64,000 nucleotides of DNA from an uncultured Gammaproteobacteria bacterium (GTDB taxonomy: Bacteria > Patescibacteriota > Patescibacteriia > UBA10025 > JAHIVO01): positions 5,254 through 69,253 of the forward strand of contig CAZVMV010000004.1 of NCBI GenBank assembly GCA_964628855.1, in the 5' to 3' direction. Below the pieces are notes generated by a model. It had not been told where the DNA came from. It did not search any database and worked only from the letters and a program-made list of their open reading frames with translations. A program made the translations under genes and the position numbers. This document shows, piece after piece, positions 63,634 to 64,000 of the stretch (positions are counted from its first letter, which is position 1; the number at the start of each line of letters is the position of its first letter).

Positions 63634-64000
63634 ATGGACCGGAAAAACTACACATCCGTATTCGCGGTGGTCATGATCCTGCTTCTCCTGCCCTTCCTGC
63701 CGCAATACCTGGCTGAGGTGCGGGACAAATCAACCGCCGAGGCCAACACTCTAACTGAACCTGGCAACTATAATATTCATGCGGTCACTAACGTCACCAG
63801 TGCAGGTTACGTCGGTGATTATGTGATCAGGGACCCTGCGCCTGACTTCAGCGTCAGGCCGGAAGTACTCGGTATTTCCACTACGCGTGCGGCGCCCGTT
63901 TATGCCGCCAAGGAAGTCGCCAGAAGCAACAGCGTCGTTAATATGAACCCAGGCCGGTCTGTCACCGTCTGGGTCGATTTTTTGAATACCGGGAATACTA
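63634..64000 (+). CDS. partial CDS (5' end) of a secreted protein with an NBR1-type Ig-like domain; it runs off the window
   Basis: ATG 63634, signal anchor VFAVVMILLLLPFL, open to the window edge. It contains GRSVTVWVDFLNTGNT, the same motif as the amidase repeats. Confidence 0.5.
   Translation, partial: MDRKNYTSVFAVVMILLLLPFLPQYLAEVRDKSTAEANTLTEPGNYNIHAVTNVTSAGYVGDYVIRDPAPDFSVRPEVLGISTTRAAPVYAAKEVARSNSVVNMNPGRSVTVWVDFLNTGNT

Noticed and set aside
1-64000. An alternative genetic code (UGA recoding, as in some CPR lineages), CRISPR arrays, or transposase, integrase or prophage genes.
   Set aside because: Long ORFs end cleanly at TAA, TAG and TGA, and conserved proteins (PilB, PilT, MgtA) are full length under the standard code. 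I saw no regularly spaced direct repeats and no recognisable mobile-element proteins.

Overview
This window is gene-dense and reads with standard stop codons. Its gene content suggests a small-genome, single-membrane bacterium, probably CPR/Patescibacteria-like. That assignment is my inference from a type IV pilus set without a secretin, many stand-alone receiver proteins, an RRM RNA-binding protein and giant surface proteins. I saw no CRISPR array, transposase, integrase, reverse transcriptase or rRNA.

The left arm (1-10.7 kb) carries envelope and housekeeping genes:
- a thioredoxin-fold/membrane fusion protein
- an EEP-family phosphoesterase
- an MgtA-type P-type ATPase
- a PspC plus LiaF/toastrack-like pair
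- an RRM-type RNA-binding protein

The centre is dominated by one uninterrupted 24.4-kb ORF (10912-35325, 8137 codons). It encodes an N-terminal excisionase/MerR-type HTH, one TM helix, and thousands of residues of T/G/S/N-rich beta-helix-like repeats arranged as nested repeat families. Its 143-aa C-terminal domain recurs in the next gene.

A tightly packed + strand operon follows (35522-43075):
- a small paralog of the giant protein's C-terminal domain
- two signal-peptide/C-terminal-anchor proteins that resemble DUF916/DUF3324 WxL-partner proteins
- one dockerin protein
- two membrane-anchored cohesin proteins

This operon converges on a minus-strand type IV pilus operon running HK-RR-pilB-pilC-four pilin-like genes-pilM-major pilin. 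The right arm holds pilT, three tRNAs, three tandem stand-alone receivers, a multi-domain cell-wall amidase, two Wzy_C-type genes, a GT4 glycosyltransferase and a flippase.

The most interesting signal is the giant fibre, WxL/DUF916-like, cohesin-dockerin and T4P supercluster, which may be a cell-surface attachment apparatus.
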